A DNA stretch of 57,923 nucleotides, taken from IMG/VR virus record IMGVR_UViG_3300024999_000050. The stretch is one strand, 5' to 3'. How positions within the stretch are numbered: the first letter of the stretch is position 1; the number at the start of each line of letters is the position of its first letter. The DNA is from an uncultured virus (IMG/VR IMGVR_UViG_3300024999_000050) (taxonomy: Duplodnaviria > Heunggongvirae > Uroviricota > Caudoviricetes). The translations under genes and the position numbers were made by a program. A model generated the notes under the pieces. That model saw only the letters and a list, made by a program, of their open reading frames with translations. It had not been told where the DNA came from and did not search any database. This document shows positions 57,519 to 57,923 of this stretch, piece by piece.

Positions 57519-57797
57519 GCGTTTTTAAAAAAAAATATCTTGTTATACAAGGTATTTTACAAAATTTAAAACGTGTTATTTCCTATTATATATGTTTTTT
57601 ATTTTGCTGTTTTTTAGTCCAGGAATAGGACTTTTATATCTAGCTTGTTTTGTTTTTATGTCCTGCTGCATTCTTATTTTTAGATCTTGTTTTGTTTTTA
57701 GCTTTAGTTTACTTTTTAGTTTAGGCCTATTCTTTTTTGTTTTGGTATGTCCTTTTGTACGGCTCGGAAAAGATAGAGGCTTTTTGTGGGGTTTTTT

Positions 57798-57923
57798 GTG
57801 GGACCGGTGTGGCGGACACTTGCTGTTGTGGTACAGCTATCACTCCGCCCGGTTGTCCCTGTGGGACCGGTGTGGCGGACACTTGCTGTTGTGGTACAGC
57901 TATCACTCCGCCCGGTTGTCCCT
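57798..57923. repeat. 63-bp GC-rich tandem repeat, two identical copies, reaching the window end
   Basis: 57798-57860 identical to 57861-57923; 39/63 G+C. Confidence 0.95.

Noticed and set aside
57798..57923. CRISPR array
   Set aside because: Units are contiguous and identical with no spacers; no cas genes seen
1..57923. tRNA genes, integrase, transposase, tail sheath
   Set aside because: None recognised by eye; lifestyle cannot be determined from this window

Overview
Roughly 58 kb of an AT-rich tailed-phage genome with siphovirus-type organisation. Essentially every gene is on the minus strand. In transcription order (right to left): (1) a GC-rich 63-bp tandem hairpin repeat at the window edge; (2) a strong sigmaA-type promoter driving a cassette of small early-type genes (51.9-57.5 kb); (3) a ~2 kb non-coding block rich in direct and inverted repeats (49.9-51.9 kb); (4) a 15 kb accessory region with many Cys-rich small proteins, YopX, two tandem-SpoIIID-domain regulators, a GH73+SLH lysin, a SigH-like sigma factor and a 3D-domain protein; (5) terminase genes, a 4 kb insertion (NrdG, L33-like Zn ribbon, HExxH protein), portal, long MuF, an Ig-like paralog cluster, a GNAT-XkdF protease fusion, scaffold, capsid, an M15 peptidase and an Acb2/Tad1-like protein; (6) neck, tail tube, frameshifted chaperones, tape measure, tail tip, an SLT/M15 tail lysin and three paralogous tail proteins. 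The host is inferred to be an anaerobic spore-forming Bacillota with an S-layer. The most notable signals are the SigH plus four SpoIIID domains (possible sporulation manipulation), the AGTCCAGGA motif confined to the early/terminal region, the 63-bp hairpin array, and the GNAT-protease fusion. All family assignments come from motif recognition by eye; no database search was run.
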